Below, one piece after another: positions 24,901-44,112 of a DNA stretch of 64,000 nt. The notes under the pieces were generated by a model. The model was not told the origin of the DNA and ran no database searches. It saw only the letters and a program-made list of their open reading frames with translations. The stretch's first letter is position 1, and every line of letters starts with the position of its first letter. Position numbers and translations under genes: made by a program. Origin of the DNA: Phoronis australis (Eukaryota > Animalia > Phoronida); NCBI GenBank assembly GCA_002633005.1, contig NMRA01000052.1:212613-276612 (forward strand), in the 5' to 3' direction.

Positions 24901-26970
24901 TTCAAAATGGACTGAGCACAACGTGACTCCTGAACTGATCGCTTGCTCCACCGTCTGCTACCATACCCGTGTCAATCCACGAACCTGTGCCATTTCTGGG
25001 CGATCTTAGGGTTTTTTTGGAAACGCAAAAACTGAAGCATTGTCTGTCTCATTGTTATTACTACAACTTTTCTAAATACTCAGCGGAACTCAGTTTTCGA
25101 GACCACTACGGCTCGCAGTGGATGTAGAACAACTTAATGGTGATGACGTCACACCAAAATTGATTTTTTTAATTTATGCATTTATTTCTTGATTGAAAAT
25201 ACACAAATTGAAGAAAAGATAGTAAAAACAATACTTAAAATATCACACCAAAATTGTTCGTAACCGAATTCAAGCATTTTTGACCGTGGTGTGAAGTAAT
25301 TTTGTCAATCCTCGAAGATTTGAAGCAAGCTTGAAATGTCGTCATAAAGTTTGTTAAATCGTATAGCTTGGCCAACGCTCAGTCGAGTTACACAACGATC
25401 GCGTGGGGAAAGACCGTCTACTTGAAAACGTAAAATCTAATTTATGTTAAAGTGGGAATCTCTTTTAATGGTGCTTTTATTGCTACTGGAGGGTGTGATA
25501 GGTGTATGGTCAGGTGAAAGAACCAACTTTCATTGAATTCATCAAAATAGGGTTTAGTATCCTTTTAATTGCTTTTGTGAGTTCAGTAACAAGCCGTGGT
25601 CCAAAATATGTTCCTGTGCAAAACACATGGTGCAAATCATCTCCAGATTTTCTAATTCTTAAACGTTGGCATGTCAACACCATTAGTTTTTTTAGGCATT
25701 TACAATGCTTGTTTATTACCCCCAAAAGATTCGTGGACCAAATCCATTAAAATCTTATCTAATCAAGCAAATAAAGCTGCTTATGCAATTTTTAAGTTAA
25801 AGCGAAGATGTGACCTACATGTACCTCGGTCAATAGCCTTTCACCTGTTCGATAAAATGACTTACCCCTCTTTGTGCGTTGAGATATGGAACTTTAAAGA
25901 ATATGAACAATTGCAAAATGTATATATCAAGTTCTGTAAACCCATTTTAGGAGTAGTCAGTTGTTGTTCAAACTCGGCAATTATGGGAGAATGTGGTCGA
26001 TTCCTATTGTTAACTAAATATTTTGTATTCTGTATAAAATGCTGGTTCAAAATACTGGGGATGCCTAGTAATCGTGAGGTAAATGCAGCATATGATATGC
26101 TTTTTAGTCAAACCTCGTCGGAAGATCTTCTTATCATTGGGCAAGCTTTGTAAGGAAGCTTCTGTCTGTATATGGTTTTTCAGATGTATGGATTAATCAG
26201 GGTGTGGTGAACCGTTGACGAAGCGTATTTCTTGACAGTTTTTTTCCAGCGTGTCAGTGACTGTTATTAGCAAGGCTGGCAATCTGCCTTAGTATGCGAG
26301 GTTTAAAGCAATGTATTGTCTAGAGAATTATTTAGGAATAGTTAGCATGCCACTTGTTTTTTTTTTCAGTCTCTGACTATTGCGATGCTCAAATCATTCC
26401 GCGTTACTAGAGGAAAGAGGTCACCAGATAAATATTCCCTATGAAAATACGTTGTGTGATTTATCGGTATGTAATTCGGGAGTGTGCAGAGGACGAATAC
26501 CATGTTGTGTTAGTTTGCAGTGCGTAAAAGGAGCTTCGGGTAAAGTACTTAGCCTAAGTGACCGCTTTCGTCATTCTCTCACAACATCTAAATTTGAATC
26601 TCTCATGAGAACTCCGGATACCCTGCTTCTAAAATTCGTCCACCATGCTCTCAAGCGTAACAACTTACTGACCATTTTTAAGGCACCTGACAATGTACTG
26701 TCTTCTACATGTAATAATTTGGGTCTATGGCCATATGTATATACTTCAGTAAAGATATAGGTCTACGTTGCAAGTCAGTTACCCCGTAGTGTGGTTACGA
26801 TATATTCAATTAATTCCTGGACACATACCTTTCCTTAAGAAATCCTCACAATCAATATTCTCAATGACAAGACCATCATCACCAGTGAGCTCTTGCAACG
26901 CAACTTCAATCGTAGTTCTGTTCGCGTAGACGAGTTCCTTTCCACAAACCTGGGTCATCTTTTGCGCCAT
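21971..26970 (-). CDS. EcKL / CHK kinase-like (DUF227) small-molecule kinase, 426 aa. Exons 26970-26829 and 23109-21971
   Basis: Exon 1 MAQKMTQ...EDFLRK ends at a phase-1 GTATGT donor and joins the ttctAG acceptor to give KGDGCMG. Motifs: LVVK, KEIQTY, IMNDLRYEGYK, AKLHALS, RD...NMMF, DFQ, NPVIDLVGFLYTS, LLRLYY. Confidence 0.9.
24855..25070 (-). mobile_element. THAP-domain relic in EcKL intron
   Basis: CSNNNETDNASVFAFPK / NPKIAQKWHRFV / VTLCSVHFEESCFD across frameshifts. Confidence 0.6.
25420..26760 (+). mobile_element. CR1/L2-type LINE 3' remnant in EcKL intron
   Basis: LSNQANKA...HLFDKM..EIWNF...KFCKPILGV..SNSAIMGECGRF..CIKCWFKIL, followed by VWINQGV and RCSNH motifs, with many disruptions. 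Confidence 0.8.
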
Positions 26971-27179
26971 GTTAAAACCTGTCTTGTTCAATCACTGACA
27001 TCAAGTTGTGAGCCAGCTTGGCTGACCTAATTCAAACGACAGCAGTTTTAGTGCAACAGCAGTGGGTTACATAGTTCACTGCTTTCCGAGTGATAAAAAT
27101 GAGGCGATTCAAACAATTTAGGCCCCTTATCTCAATGCATTTGGACAATTTAGTGAGTGAGCACCGTCTTGCCGGGGAA

Positions 27180-27672
27180 TATAGCCCTATGGGCTTGGTG
27201 CAGCTTTGCGCCGATCATGGGTAAAAACATGGCCAACTAATCTAACAAAAACTGGGGTCATTAAAAAATACACTCTTCCTTGAATAAACTAAGTTATTAA
27301 CCGGTGTTGGAAAAATAGGCGTTCTGCCGGTTATTCTGCTGCTGCAGTGAGTTGTGGAGAGATCTTATTATCAAGGAGTTTTCTTATATGCCTAGGCGGC
27401 TTTCGCCGACATGAAATACAGCGTCACCTATTGGCTAGTGTCATTTTTGCCGTTTCTTTAATCAATTTCCCTAAGGTTGCGTACATGTCACAACGAATTA
27501 TCGGTACTGGTTTCATTTTGTTAACAGTTTTTAATATTTTAGTACCAGCAAATCGAATTTCGGAACAAGTTTTGCTACTGCGAAGCTGTCGTGAGTCATC
27601 TCCCACTAAGAGATGTCGAAAAAATTTAGGACGGAAATCATGGACGCGCGTCACGATCGTCAGTACTGTTCT
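27180..27672 (+). repeat. Unclassified dispersed repeat family B, copy 1
   Basis: Collinear similarity to 40833-41305 (cagctttgcgccgat...ggtgttggaaaaat...gcgtcacctattggc...cgcgtcacga..gtactgtt). Confidence 0.75.
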
Positions 27673-28577
27673 TAAGACTGTAAACAATGAACAAGTAACA
27701 AGGGATCGCGTTAGAAAGAAGAACAAGCGGAAAGAATGAAAATGACAATCACTAAAAGAAAAATCGAGTGTGGGGAATGCGGAACATGTGAACGTGGAAG
27801 ACTTACTGTTACAAGAATAAGGGGTAAATTCTAGTTGACGGTGGGGAAACAATTGAGTAAAATCGAGTGATGATGTTCCCTCGGAGGGAGAATCAAAGAT
27901 AAAAGACATGCCCAAATAAAATCGTCTAGTGAATCAAATGAAAGATACGGTCGGCGTTGTGCGAGTTCATTACACCTCAAATTCTTAAAATCCTGAAAAT
28001 TTAAGATTCCGGATATGCTTGTTTTCGGGCTTGTACTTAAGGCATGTCTCTCATATGGCTCCGGCTCACCGCCTGGGTACAGGATCTAATCTCCAAATTC
28101 AGACTTAGACTGAAATTCCACAAATCATGCGGAATGACTCGAGTACTAAGTTGTAAATTTACTCCAATCCTCAGTGGCATGTAACTGGTGAATTTTCAAG
28201 TCGAGTTTGGCGTTTTGCGATAAGACACCGGGGCTAGAGTTTTCCTACGAAAGAAGCACCTTTTCCGATTACATTCCTTATGAAACGACCATATTTCATA
28301 TTTCATTTAGGTCCGTTGTGTTACGCATGACACACAGAATCAACCGACTGAAAAGCGAATGTTTCGCCATTCTGCGTTCAGGACCTTGGGAGTCTCGTGC
28401 CACTAGCAAAGTGGCGGTAACTGAATTGACCTGACTGATGGCTTAACTAACCAATCAGAACGTAGCATTCTCGACACACCTTCGTCTGCGTTTCCAAGCC
28501 GCCGTTTTACCCGACAAACAATGTCTTTGTCGGTAAAGATTATTTTAGTCTATAGCTCAAAAAATTGTTCCATAAAA

Positions 28578-28800
28578 ATGGTGAAACGGTGTTGATATGG
28601 CGTGTGTAGTTCTGACTGCCGTTATAAGCTAAAGAGAATATCCCGTCATTTTTGGGCATTACCTAAGTTGAAAAGTGATGTCGAGTGTGTAAAGGATGGA
28701 TCAAACTGTGTGAACGGCCACACGATACACGAGCAGCTACATTTAACAATGTTGCTGGATTACTCTAAAGTTAAACACAAATATATTTGTTACAAGACAC
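28578..28800 (+). mobile_element. THAP-domain relic (different family)
   Basis: MVKRC*YGVCSSDCRY..FWALPKLK..WIKLCERPH..KHKYICYK, with a stop and a frameshift. Confidence 0.6.
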
Positions 28801-30815
28801 GTACTTTTCAGTTTGGTGACTATACTGTAGGTCTATCCGCTTTTGACTCCGGAGTTTCACTCGTGTGGCGGCCTCTGTCTCTTGTTTTTAAGGCCATTTT
28901 TTATTATTTTTCATTTATTTCGACCTATAGAGGACATCGTTATGTTTCGTAGCGCAGGTACATTTTTTTGTTATTCATATACCCATACTCCGTAGGCTGG
29001 CGAACAACCGAACTTCTCACCAAAATTTATAGATTCGATCGGCACATGCTAGGAGGGCACTAAATTACTGAACTCAAAGCTTCGTTCGAGCTGTTGTCAC
29101 GAAAAAATAAACAGTTGAATTACTTTTTGATGAGAACTTCTACGCCTGTAGAGTTAAGGAGAGCTCATTTTGTAGTTGTTCAAACACGATACGTGGATTT
29201 ATGAAGCTTTAAAAACAATGTTAGTTACTTTGGTAAATGGCCACTTTTTGCCACTACACCAAACTCGTCATCTTTTGTCACCATACCACAGCTTGGTGAT
29301 CATGCTACGATTAAAATTAAATTACCTTTATGCAATGAAACTACAAAAAATATGAAGCCTAACTTAAATGTCTTTATGGTGCACTGAATACGTTAATTTG
29401 ACTTTTGGACACAGCTTTAGACCTACCTGAGCTAACTGCTTGCCTAGGATAAGATGAGTATATGCCTGAGCTACCGACCTGATTTTTTAATCAAAATATT
29501 TCGCTCGAAGATCAGAAAAGTGTAAACAGTGCTATCGACTAAATCTACTTTACTCGGAGAATACAATCATTTGTGACCCACTTTTCATTTGGCGGAAATT
29601 AGCAGAAGGCAGAATAAAAGTATCCGTGAATCTTCACTGATTTTGTTCGAAGTATCCTGAAGTCTATGCCATCGTACAGATAATTCGACTTTAAGGTAAA
29701 TACACAGCTTTACATGAACATGTCGGATCAGTGGCCTTGTCAGTTTTCACGTGAAGGTGAACCCCGTGTGGGGTTCTTCAGATTTTTGCTGGCTCCGAAA
29801 TACTTTTCCTCGGATACTTTTTTTTCATCGTCGCAGCTTTGCAACTTCCCAAGTCATAAACGTACGATTCTCAGCTGAAAAATACCGCCTGATGTCTTTG
29901 TCAAAGCGTTTTGCAAAAAACACCCATCAATTCCACCGGGAACGTCGTTTAGCAACTGTGTATTTGCCTCTGACACCTTGCTCGTTTGTCGGGTGTCACG
30001 TGACTTTTCGCAAGGAGGCGGAGCTTGCGATAGGTCAATTAGTGATTGGTCTGTACAGATGAATTATAAGAATTCCCTGCAAGGGAAGATTTCTCACCGC
30101 GAATGTCTTTCGAGCACAGAGCGCAGGCTCCATAGAGTTTTGATTGCACATTGCGTGAGTAAGCGAAAAGATTATGGAAAATACGTTCCGATGACGTATA
30201 ACTACGGATGCTCACGAGAGCGAAATCTGAAAAGTGATTTCAGTGCACCGATAGGACTAATACTACGCTGAACTCATCTCATTATATATTTTGGGTTTAT
30301 TTTTTTATCGTTCTTCACTGATTTTAGTTTCAATCGCGTGATTTTCGCAAGAAAGTCTGTCTAAGGAACGCTCTCCAGTACTCATATTTGTAGGAAGTAG
30401 TTTCGTTGCTTCTAGAGGAAATTGCCCTCGGTGCTGCGATTTGTATCGACAGCGAACGGAGGAACGCATACCATGCAGTACTTAGCCTACACGAACACAT
30501 TATCCTCTGCACGGTACGCAACAATAATATCATGATTACCACTCATTGCTTTCTCATTTTCCATGAGTTTCTCAAAAATGTTGTTTTTATTTTAAAAATG
30601 ATAGTGTCCCTTTAAATATTATTTTCATTTTCCACGGGTTTTTTTATTTTAAATATTATCACTTGTAATGCGTTTTTAGAAATATTCTTATTGTCCGTTA
30701 TCTTTAACACATTAATTTCGTTTTTTCGTGAGCTTTTTACGACATTATTTTGATTTTCAATGCGATTTTAGATTTTTAAGACTCGTCTTCTATAAGTTTT
30801 TTAGGATATTGTTTT

Positions 30816-32423
30816 CCTTCCTTCTTCTTCTTCCTTTATTTGTACTCATGGCCATCAGCCCAAAGTACAACAAACAGGCAAACAAGATTATTGGATTGCC
30901 ATACACACTAGTCAGTAATACACAAGCGGTTTCGTTTTTTAGATGCGTAGTATACATATTTCACAACTGAGATATCGGGATTACATAATAGTCTAATAAA
31001 TTTAAGCAAATAGGGACTTGTCCAGAGGCTCTCACTTATAAACTTATCTCTGATTTCGGAAAAAGCGTCGCAATTTAACAAAAAGTGATATTCATCCTCG
31101 GCCCAACTCCTCAACCATAATGTACACACTCTGTCTTGATGTATCACATTTACGTGACAACCAGTTTCTACTTCTAGTCTGTGGTTTGCACATCGAAAAC
31201 ATGTAAAACTTTGCATGAACACTCTTGGAAGGTTTTCAATTTCTAAATAGTTTTCATATTTAAATACAACCTTAAAATTTTTGTAATAATTTAACTTAAA
31301 ATTGGAATCAACAACCTGTTGTGAGAAAATATTTACAAACGACTCTTGACACGCTACTCCTTGGTTTAACCAAACATCATAGAAACCATACATTGACAAT
31401 AAATTGCGGACTGAGCTTAGTTACACAATTATACATATGTCTACCATTTTCATCTAGTCTGTACAACATGTTGTAAGCGGCCCTTGGATAACGTTCCTGT
31501 GTCATATTCAAAATTTTAAACCAGTATTTTATACAGCTAACAAAGTATCTCGAACAGTGCTGCAGTGGGGCGTAGGAGCATGTAGGCGCAGCCAACCACC
31601 TCTTGTCATTTGAACGTAGCGCCTACACACCGTAAGTTACGTTCAGTGCTCAAGGTGATACGGTTGACTTTGGGCGCCTACTTACCTCTAACTTTACCAC
31701 TACAGCACTGATCTCGTAAACATAGGGTATCTGCCACATTCACCCAATGCTGCAGCGTTAGAGCAAGAACTGCCAAGTCCCAGGGTCCATTTACAAAATT
31801 TTAAATGATTTTTTCGAAACACTCGCATTCTTTAAAACCCCAAATCTCAGCACTATAACGCAATGTTGGGTACACCAGTTTATCAAATAACTGAAAGGTA
31901 AGTGATGGGGGCATATCGCGACATCTACGCTGTAGTTTCAAAACACGTGATGCAGCTTTATTTGCTTGACAAGAGGGTTTTTGTCGCCTTCGACCATGAC
32001 AATTTAGGTGTGATAAAAACACCAAGATATTTATGATGAGACTTGCTGTTTGTTTAAAAACCATTTCTCATAGTGTCTTAAGGGTCCTCCATTTATAAAT
32101 ACAGTTATTTTGGTTTTCTTTAAATTCACAGCTATACCCCATGAATCATAATAATCATTGAGACACTTCAACACGTTGCAAGTTAGACACTGTTAGAGAG
32201 CACAAAACCATGTCATCTGCACATAATAGTGAATTGATATTTGTAGCATTCTCATCTAAGTAGATGCTATTTATGTCACTAAATGAATTGAGTTTTTAGA
32301 AAAACTCAATGAGATACAAAACAAATAGTAGAGGGCTTATCATACAGCCTTTTCGAGTACCAATAGTGCAATAAAATAAGTCTGTTAAACCATCACGTGT
32401 TTTAACACATGATCTCAACTTGA
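30816..32423 (-). mobile_element. 5'-truncated CR1/L2-type LINE
   Basis: RT motifs GTRKGCMISPLLFVLYL and SLLCADDMVL, then QANKA..LFDKLVYP.L.YSAEIWG and FRCANHRLEVETG..EDEYHFLL. The 3' end has AATAAA followed by a (GAA)n tail at ~30816-30840. Confidence 0.85.
31555..31710. mobile_element. hAT-type MITE inserted in the LINE
   Basis: TIR CAGTGCTGCAGTGG / CCACTACAGCACTG; 8-bp TSD ATCTCGAA (31547-54) / ATCTCGTA (31711-18). Confidence 0.85.
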
Positions 32424-33138
32424 GAGCTTTTTACGACATTATTTTGATATTCAATGCGATTTTAGTTTTTTAACACTCATCTTTTATAAGTTTTATATTG
32501 TATAGTTTTCATTTTCTATGAGTTTTAGGTTATAGTTTTCATTTTCCAGTTGATTTCCATTAGATATTTTTTTAAATTTTCTGTTAGCTTTTGGGATGTT
32601 AATTTATTTTCATACCTTTTTAAGATATTGCTTTCATCTTCCATGCATTTTTAGAATATCCTGTTCCTTTGCTGTAAGTTTTTAGTTGGAAATTATTTTC
32701 ATCTTACACGAGTTTGTAATAAGTTACCGTTGTGTTGTAAAGCATAGTGAATGAATAAAAAGTAACTGGTGATATGTATCGCGAAAAGATGGCCTTTTCT
32801 CTGATTTTTACCTTTTTAATTTCCATGGTATTTCTGTGCACGGAAGACATTTTCGTCAATTCCCAGATTGTCCAGGATGAGGGGGAAGCCTTTTAGTCTG
32901 AAGCATCATTTTTGATTTGTGTGCTTAAGAAGCGGTAATGAAATAAAGTGTTTTCGATTAATCAAGTTACCATTACCTCCAGTGTACTGTCTCTAACGTG
33001 GTGTTTTGAAAATATCTGGTGTTCAGACCAAATCTCTTTTCGAACACAATAGGCAAATGAAAGCACGATTCATCACACGTACTGCCATCGGGTCATTTAT
33101 TTGAAATAAATTCATTCACGAGTACATGCATATACTTG

Positions 33139-38739
<5,601 letters not shown>

Positions 38740-40832
38740 CTTGAATGGTAATGACAACAGAACGCTCGTCGAAACGTCCTCGGCGAATGATCGAGACAGT
38801 CCCGTAAAGACTTTAATATAAAATATTTGACACGTGCGTAGCCGTATCATTAGTTTAGGAGTCATTAGCTATGCTGGTAACAGCAGATTAATATGAAAGT
38901 GATTATTATCGTAAAATAACTAACGTTTGTATTGAATAAAAATATCATCGTCTCTGGTGGGTGTGTGGTATCTTTGTCGGAGACAAATCGAATATGAGAG
39001 GAACTGCGTGATTTAAGCAAATTAATATGGTTATCACGTTCGTCTCTTCCGTTTCTCAACAGATGAAGTAGATGTCTTGATGCATTCATGCAGTCTGCCC
39101 TGTTTCGGAATTTCTATTTCTCTATTATTAGGATGTCTAAGACCACGGTTCGGGCGTTTGTTGCTCGCCCAAAAAATGAAGAAAATGAGGTGGGCCAAGT
39201 TTGAAGGGAGTTTTGTGAACTAAATGGAAGTGATTGACACGAGTTAAATTCAGTGGTTCCTTGAAGTTGTTTTGAGTAAATTGAGTCCAGAAATTTGGCT
39301 TCTGCTCTTGTCTATGTGGATACGGAAGTGCCGCCATTTTCATAGCACGTCTTTGTTGAGCGTTGAATTCTTGGCGCGAATCTAGATACCCTTCAGACAA
39401 GTGAAACCTGTCAAAAATCTGGTTGGTAATGACATATTTTAACCTGAATTTCTGGGACCTAGAGTGAACGAGCATTCGGATTATGATCACTTCTCTAGCA
39501 TCGGGAAAGGCGTGAATTTGTGACTTTGGGTACAAAAAAGGTCAAAATCGCACTTTTGGGCATCTCAATTTTTCTGGCGGACGTAGCAAGGTAAAAAGAC
39601 ATTGGCTTTGTTTAATTTCTTCAACTTTGAGAAACCACATGGAGTGTGCTTTCTGTCAGTTATGTCTTTTTTGCAGATGACTTGAGACAGAGTGCAAACA
39701 AGGGCTTTGCTGAGATCAGACCAGTAATAACGTCAAAATCAGCCACTCGAAGTCACGCGGTCTTTGCCCGTAGCCAACTGGAGTGACCAACACTGTCGGA
39801 GTTGGAAGACGGCTATAAAACCAAGGCGCACTTGTCAAGTTACCTCCAATTGTATCTTCACTTTCGTGGGGTCTCAATAATAACGAATAATGTCCTCGGT
39901 GAAAGTCAATAATTGTGTAGAATAACACAGTAAGCAACTTAACGACTGGCCGGCTAAAAGTGTCTTGTAAACAATTTTATCTTAATCATGGTGGTTGAGC
40001 TTGGTGTAGGAGGCACAGGACAGTTCTCACAGGGGTTCGCCTGTCAGCACACACGTCAATGCACTCTTCACCCTTTCTTCACTTTGTCAAAAACTGCATG
40101 CAAATAAGGAAATGTTTTGAGTCATTTCACATCAGAAGCCCTACAGATGAGCACAGAAACTTTATTCTCTCTTGCATTTTTGACTCTTTCACTCCCAGTG
40201 GAAGCCAAGCAGAACTAAGAAAAATGAGGACAAAAAAATGAAAAATCGACATTTTTCACCCCAAAATCACCACTTTCCTGCCGATGCTCGACTAAAGCCA
40301 ACATTAGATTCCGAAAGCAAATTTCCTACCAATTCCAAAAATGTGGTCCAAAAGTACTGTCAACCAACTAGCTTTTTTTGCAAATCTGGCGTGTTTGAGG
40401 GCTACCTGAAATCGTAGCCAACTTCTCAGTTGCTACACAGCAATGCCAATTGCAACAGGGGGCCACCATCTTGAAGAAGAGTGCAGCTACAGCCGAGAAA
40501 CTGGCCTTTTTTCATCCCCAGCATGTTCACAAATACAAAAACCACATTCACTTGGCCTACACACAATACCTAACTAAAAAATGCCCCCAAGCCTGACCTA
40601 GCCCTAGATTTTAACATTTTGGCAGTGCAAATTGGCCGCGGCCACAGCCTTACTATTCTGTGCCACCGTAGCGGAGTCACAACGAACAGCACCACAGCCA
40701 GTCTCGAAATCAGTATTACCACAAAAAGTTCTGATCGTAAGTCCCAAAGCGTGTATATTCTGAAAAAGCTTCTATTATACATTTGATTTTCTCGTACCCG
40801 AATGTAAAACCGGACTCACGGTAGGGGTATGA

Positions 40833-41305
40833 ATAGCCTTGGTACAAAGCTGTATACTAAATATACAGCTTTGCGCCGATGTGGGTAAAAAGTGGTAAGA
40901 TAAAATCTGACACAAAATTAGTGTCATTAAAAACTACAGTCTTCCTTGAGCAAACTAAATTATTTAACGGTGTTGGAAAAAATGGCGTTCTACCGTTATT
41001 TTGCTTCTAAATTAGTGGAGAGATCTTTTAAAGCGACCACTTTCGGCGCCATGAAATATTGCGTCACCTATTGGCCAGTTTCTTTTTCGACGATTCTTCA
41101 ATCAACTGTACTTCATCCAAGAGGTTGCGTAGATGTCACAACAAATTATCGGAACTGGTTTCATTACAAGTGTTTAGAATTTTGATACCGAAAAACCGAA
41201 TTTCAGAAGAAATTGTGTTGCTGAAAAGCTATCATCATCTCTCTAGAGATGTCGCAAAAATTTATGAAATGGCGCGTGCGCGTGTCACGAGCGTACTGTT
41301 TTCAA
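40833..41305 (+). repeat. Repeat family B, copy 2, with terminal hairpin
   Basis: CAAAGCTGTATA-ctaaa-TATACAGCTTTG hairpin at ~40845-40873; homologous to 27180-27672. Confidence 0.75.
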
Positions 41306-42999
41306 AACGACGACATAGCTTTTCTTTGTTAGAAAAGGTGGAGGATTACGCAAGAAAATGACGTTTATTAGATTGTTTTCCACTTAAACTGTTGTAACGG
41401 ACAAGATGAGTGTCGTTTGATTCCCAGATTTTGCATGCATCCCGTCCGGTCTTTAGCTCTACATATTGGCACAGGTTTCACAGCAAGGTGACGAGCAGAA
41501 CTACACTGGCTGTGTGCATTTTCGGGGTCCATGGAAAAAAACACACAGTGTATTTTGACGACAGTTTTCATACAGCCAGCTGGCTGGCTAGGGTATGAAG
41601 ACAAAATGTGACATCATCGATAAGAAAGTAGTTAAGAAGGATTTATGATACCAGCGATACCGTTAGTATGTCTTGTAGATAAGCCAAAAACGTGCTGAAA
41701 CAAACACTCGCTGACAGAGGAAACGCATATAAATTGTGGCTCTGAAATTAGGTCCATCGGCCTACATCCGGAAAATTGTCCCTTCATTTCCCTGCTCTCA
41801 TTTCCATGTATTGAAACATCATACAGACTTGTTGAAAGAAAGACGTATAAGAAGTTTGCAAAAATCGAGTCTAGGGAAATGCTATCTGCTATGTGGTAAT
41901 ACTGTTTTCGACTGTTGTTGGAGGATTTTCTATCGCTTTTAGTGATAGTGGGCGAGCATTAACTCGGTTAAAATTGTTTATAACACGGTTTTAGTAGTCT
42001 ACACTTCCATGCATACGCTTACAGTTGCTTACACTTCTAGAGGATGCCCCAAATTTTTTTAAAAAAAATAAAACGTAGTCCTACCAGGAAATAGCTTTGC
42101 TTTGAACTAATAGTGTTTTGTTCCTATTCCATGAATCCCAAATTTGATTTCCAAGGCACAAAACTTAGAAAAAACACTATAGGCTTTGACTGCACAACGA
42201 TGACGATTGAGCGTTTTCAGGCATGACGGTTACTGTAGCTTTCATGCGTACATGCGCGTGCGGTTCTCTTTGACTACTGCGTCTTATATTGGTACTGCAC
42301 ACAATTCTCGCTGCAAAACACAGCGACACTAGTTCTGTTACAGATCTCCGAATTTACGAGCATCAGCTGGGTTGGAAATTTTCAATACCTGCAATGCATC
42401 TGCACAACTGATAGCGTTTCGGTTTTTAATTCGACAACGTTTATTCTACGAATCAAGAGTCAACCTCGGCATTTTTTTAAACCTTTGCAAAAACTTTGGA
42501 TTCATATGGAGGTACGGAAAACTCCTTTCAATACCCAGGGAAGCAACGTTTTGATAATCATAATTTAGATAATTTTCGTGAACATTTTGAGGCGCCATGT
42601 AAATTATAGTTTATATATTGTTGGAGCCTCGCTGTCCGAAAACTGAACAGAGTAAAAGAGTGGTAGGAAATTTGTTAGTTTTTCGGTTTATAGCAGCTTT
42701 AACATAAAACGATTAGAAATGAATTTGCAGTGATTTAATTGTTTTACAGATGCTGGTGCGAGACAAACATAAATCATTAGACGTGCCTGTTTTCCTTTGG
42801 TGAAACCCACTGTCTAAAATATTGATAACCCGTGTTTTCTTTACCATTAACTCTGGAACAGTAAACAGTTCCAACAACGTTAGATTGTTGTGATGGAATA
42901 TCGTTAACTTCAAATTAGTGTATCGAACGAACAACGATGACACGTACGGAACTTCGTATTAGTTTTTCCACAAAAGAGCTTCATATGTATGTGGACTGA

Positions 43000-43400
43000 T
43001 CAATTATTTCGTCTCTGTTCTGCAACACATCCCCTTGCCGTATCAAATCGTTCCTTACTCTGCTTAGAGGTTATTTCTGGTCTTGAAAAGGACTGGCATT
43101 TCTTTTTTCAGCTTTATGTTCGCTGCTCGATTTCTGTTGAAACTTGTTCTGCCTACCTTACCAACAGAAAATTACCCTTGGAAGCCGCAAATAACACTGC
43201 CATGATTTTAATTGACTTGTATAAGGCTTTCGACATATTAATTATTATATTGTATTAATGAATTAGAGTCTGTTGGATGAACATGGACTTTTTTATTTAT
43301 GCGGCGATTGTCCGTTTTTTAATCTTACTATGGCCAAAAGCTGATGTAATCTATTCACTAATTTCTTTCTTATCTGACCAGTAGCTCCCACCTGGGTTCC
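43000..43400 (+). mobile_element. Highly decayed LINE RT fragment
   Basis: AMILIDLYKAFD matches the RT motif DLSKAFD. Confidence 0.45.
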
Positions 43401-44112
43401 TTGTCTTTTCTCTTGTGTGTCAACAACGTGGAAATTGTTGTCAGTTGCAGTTGGCTTTTTACACTGCTTTTTCAACTTCCACCATGCAAATGATTCCCCC
43501 TAAGACGATTCAGTCGTCGACGATGTTCTTATAACTGAACTCAATAATCTTCGTAATGGGGAACTCGAAATTCATTAGACTGTGCTACCGAGACAACCGT
43601 CGTACGGACGTAAATACGAGCATTCAGTTAGCAGGCGCCACCACGTCGTTGATCGGTTTCTATGCTCATTAGTGAGCATGATTCAGAGAATACTGAGTCA
43701 CCCATCGAAAAAACGGGAGTGTAGACAGTGCTTTGGTCATGGGCATAGCCAGATGTATTTAACAAGTGAGGGAGGAAATGCGAAATTGTTGGCGACTGCA
43801 GGAGGGCTGAAACGAGTGGTAACCTGGAGGCACCGGGGGAGGGCTTTTTGTATTGTTACGTCAGAGGTCTCTCAGTGTTATCTCTCCTTTCATGTCAAGT
43901 GAAATTGACAGGCCAGTCTTTGAATGTCGAGACCGACAATACGAGTACACAGTTTCAAATAAATTTTATGTAACTCTTGGGCGAAATTGTCTGAAGTTAA
44001 AGGCTGTGGTATCCACAATGTATATTTCACTGATGTCACGCTCGATATCTTTTTGAAATCGCAAAAATGTTTATTGCAAACAAGTTTACATTTTAAAGCA
44101 AACGCGTAATTG

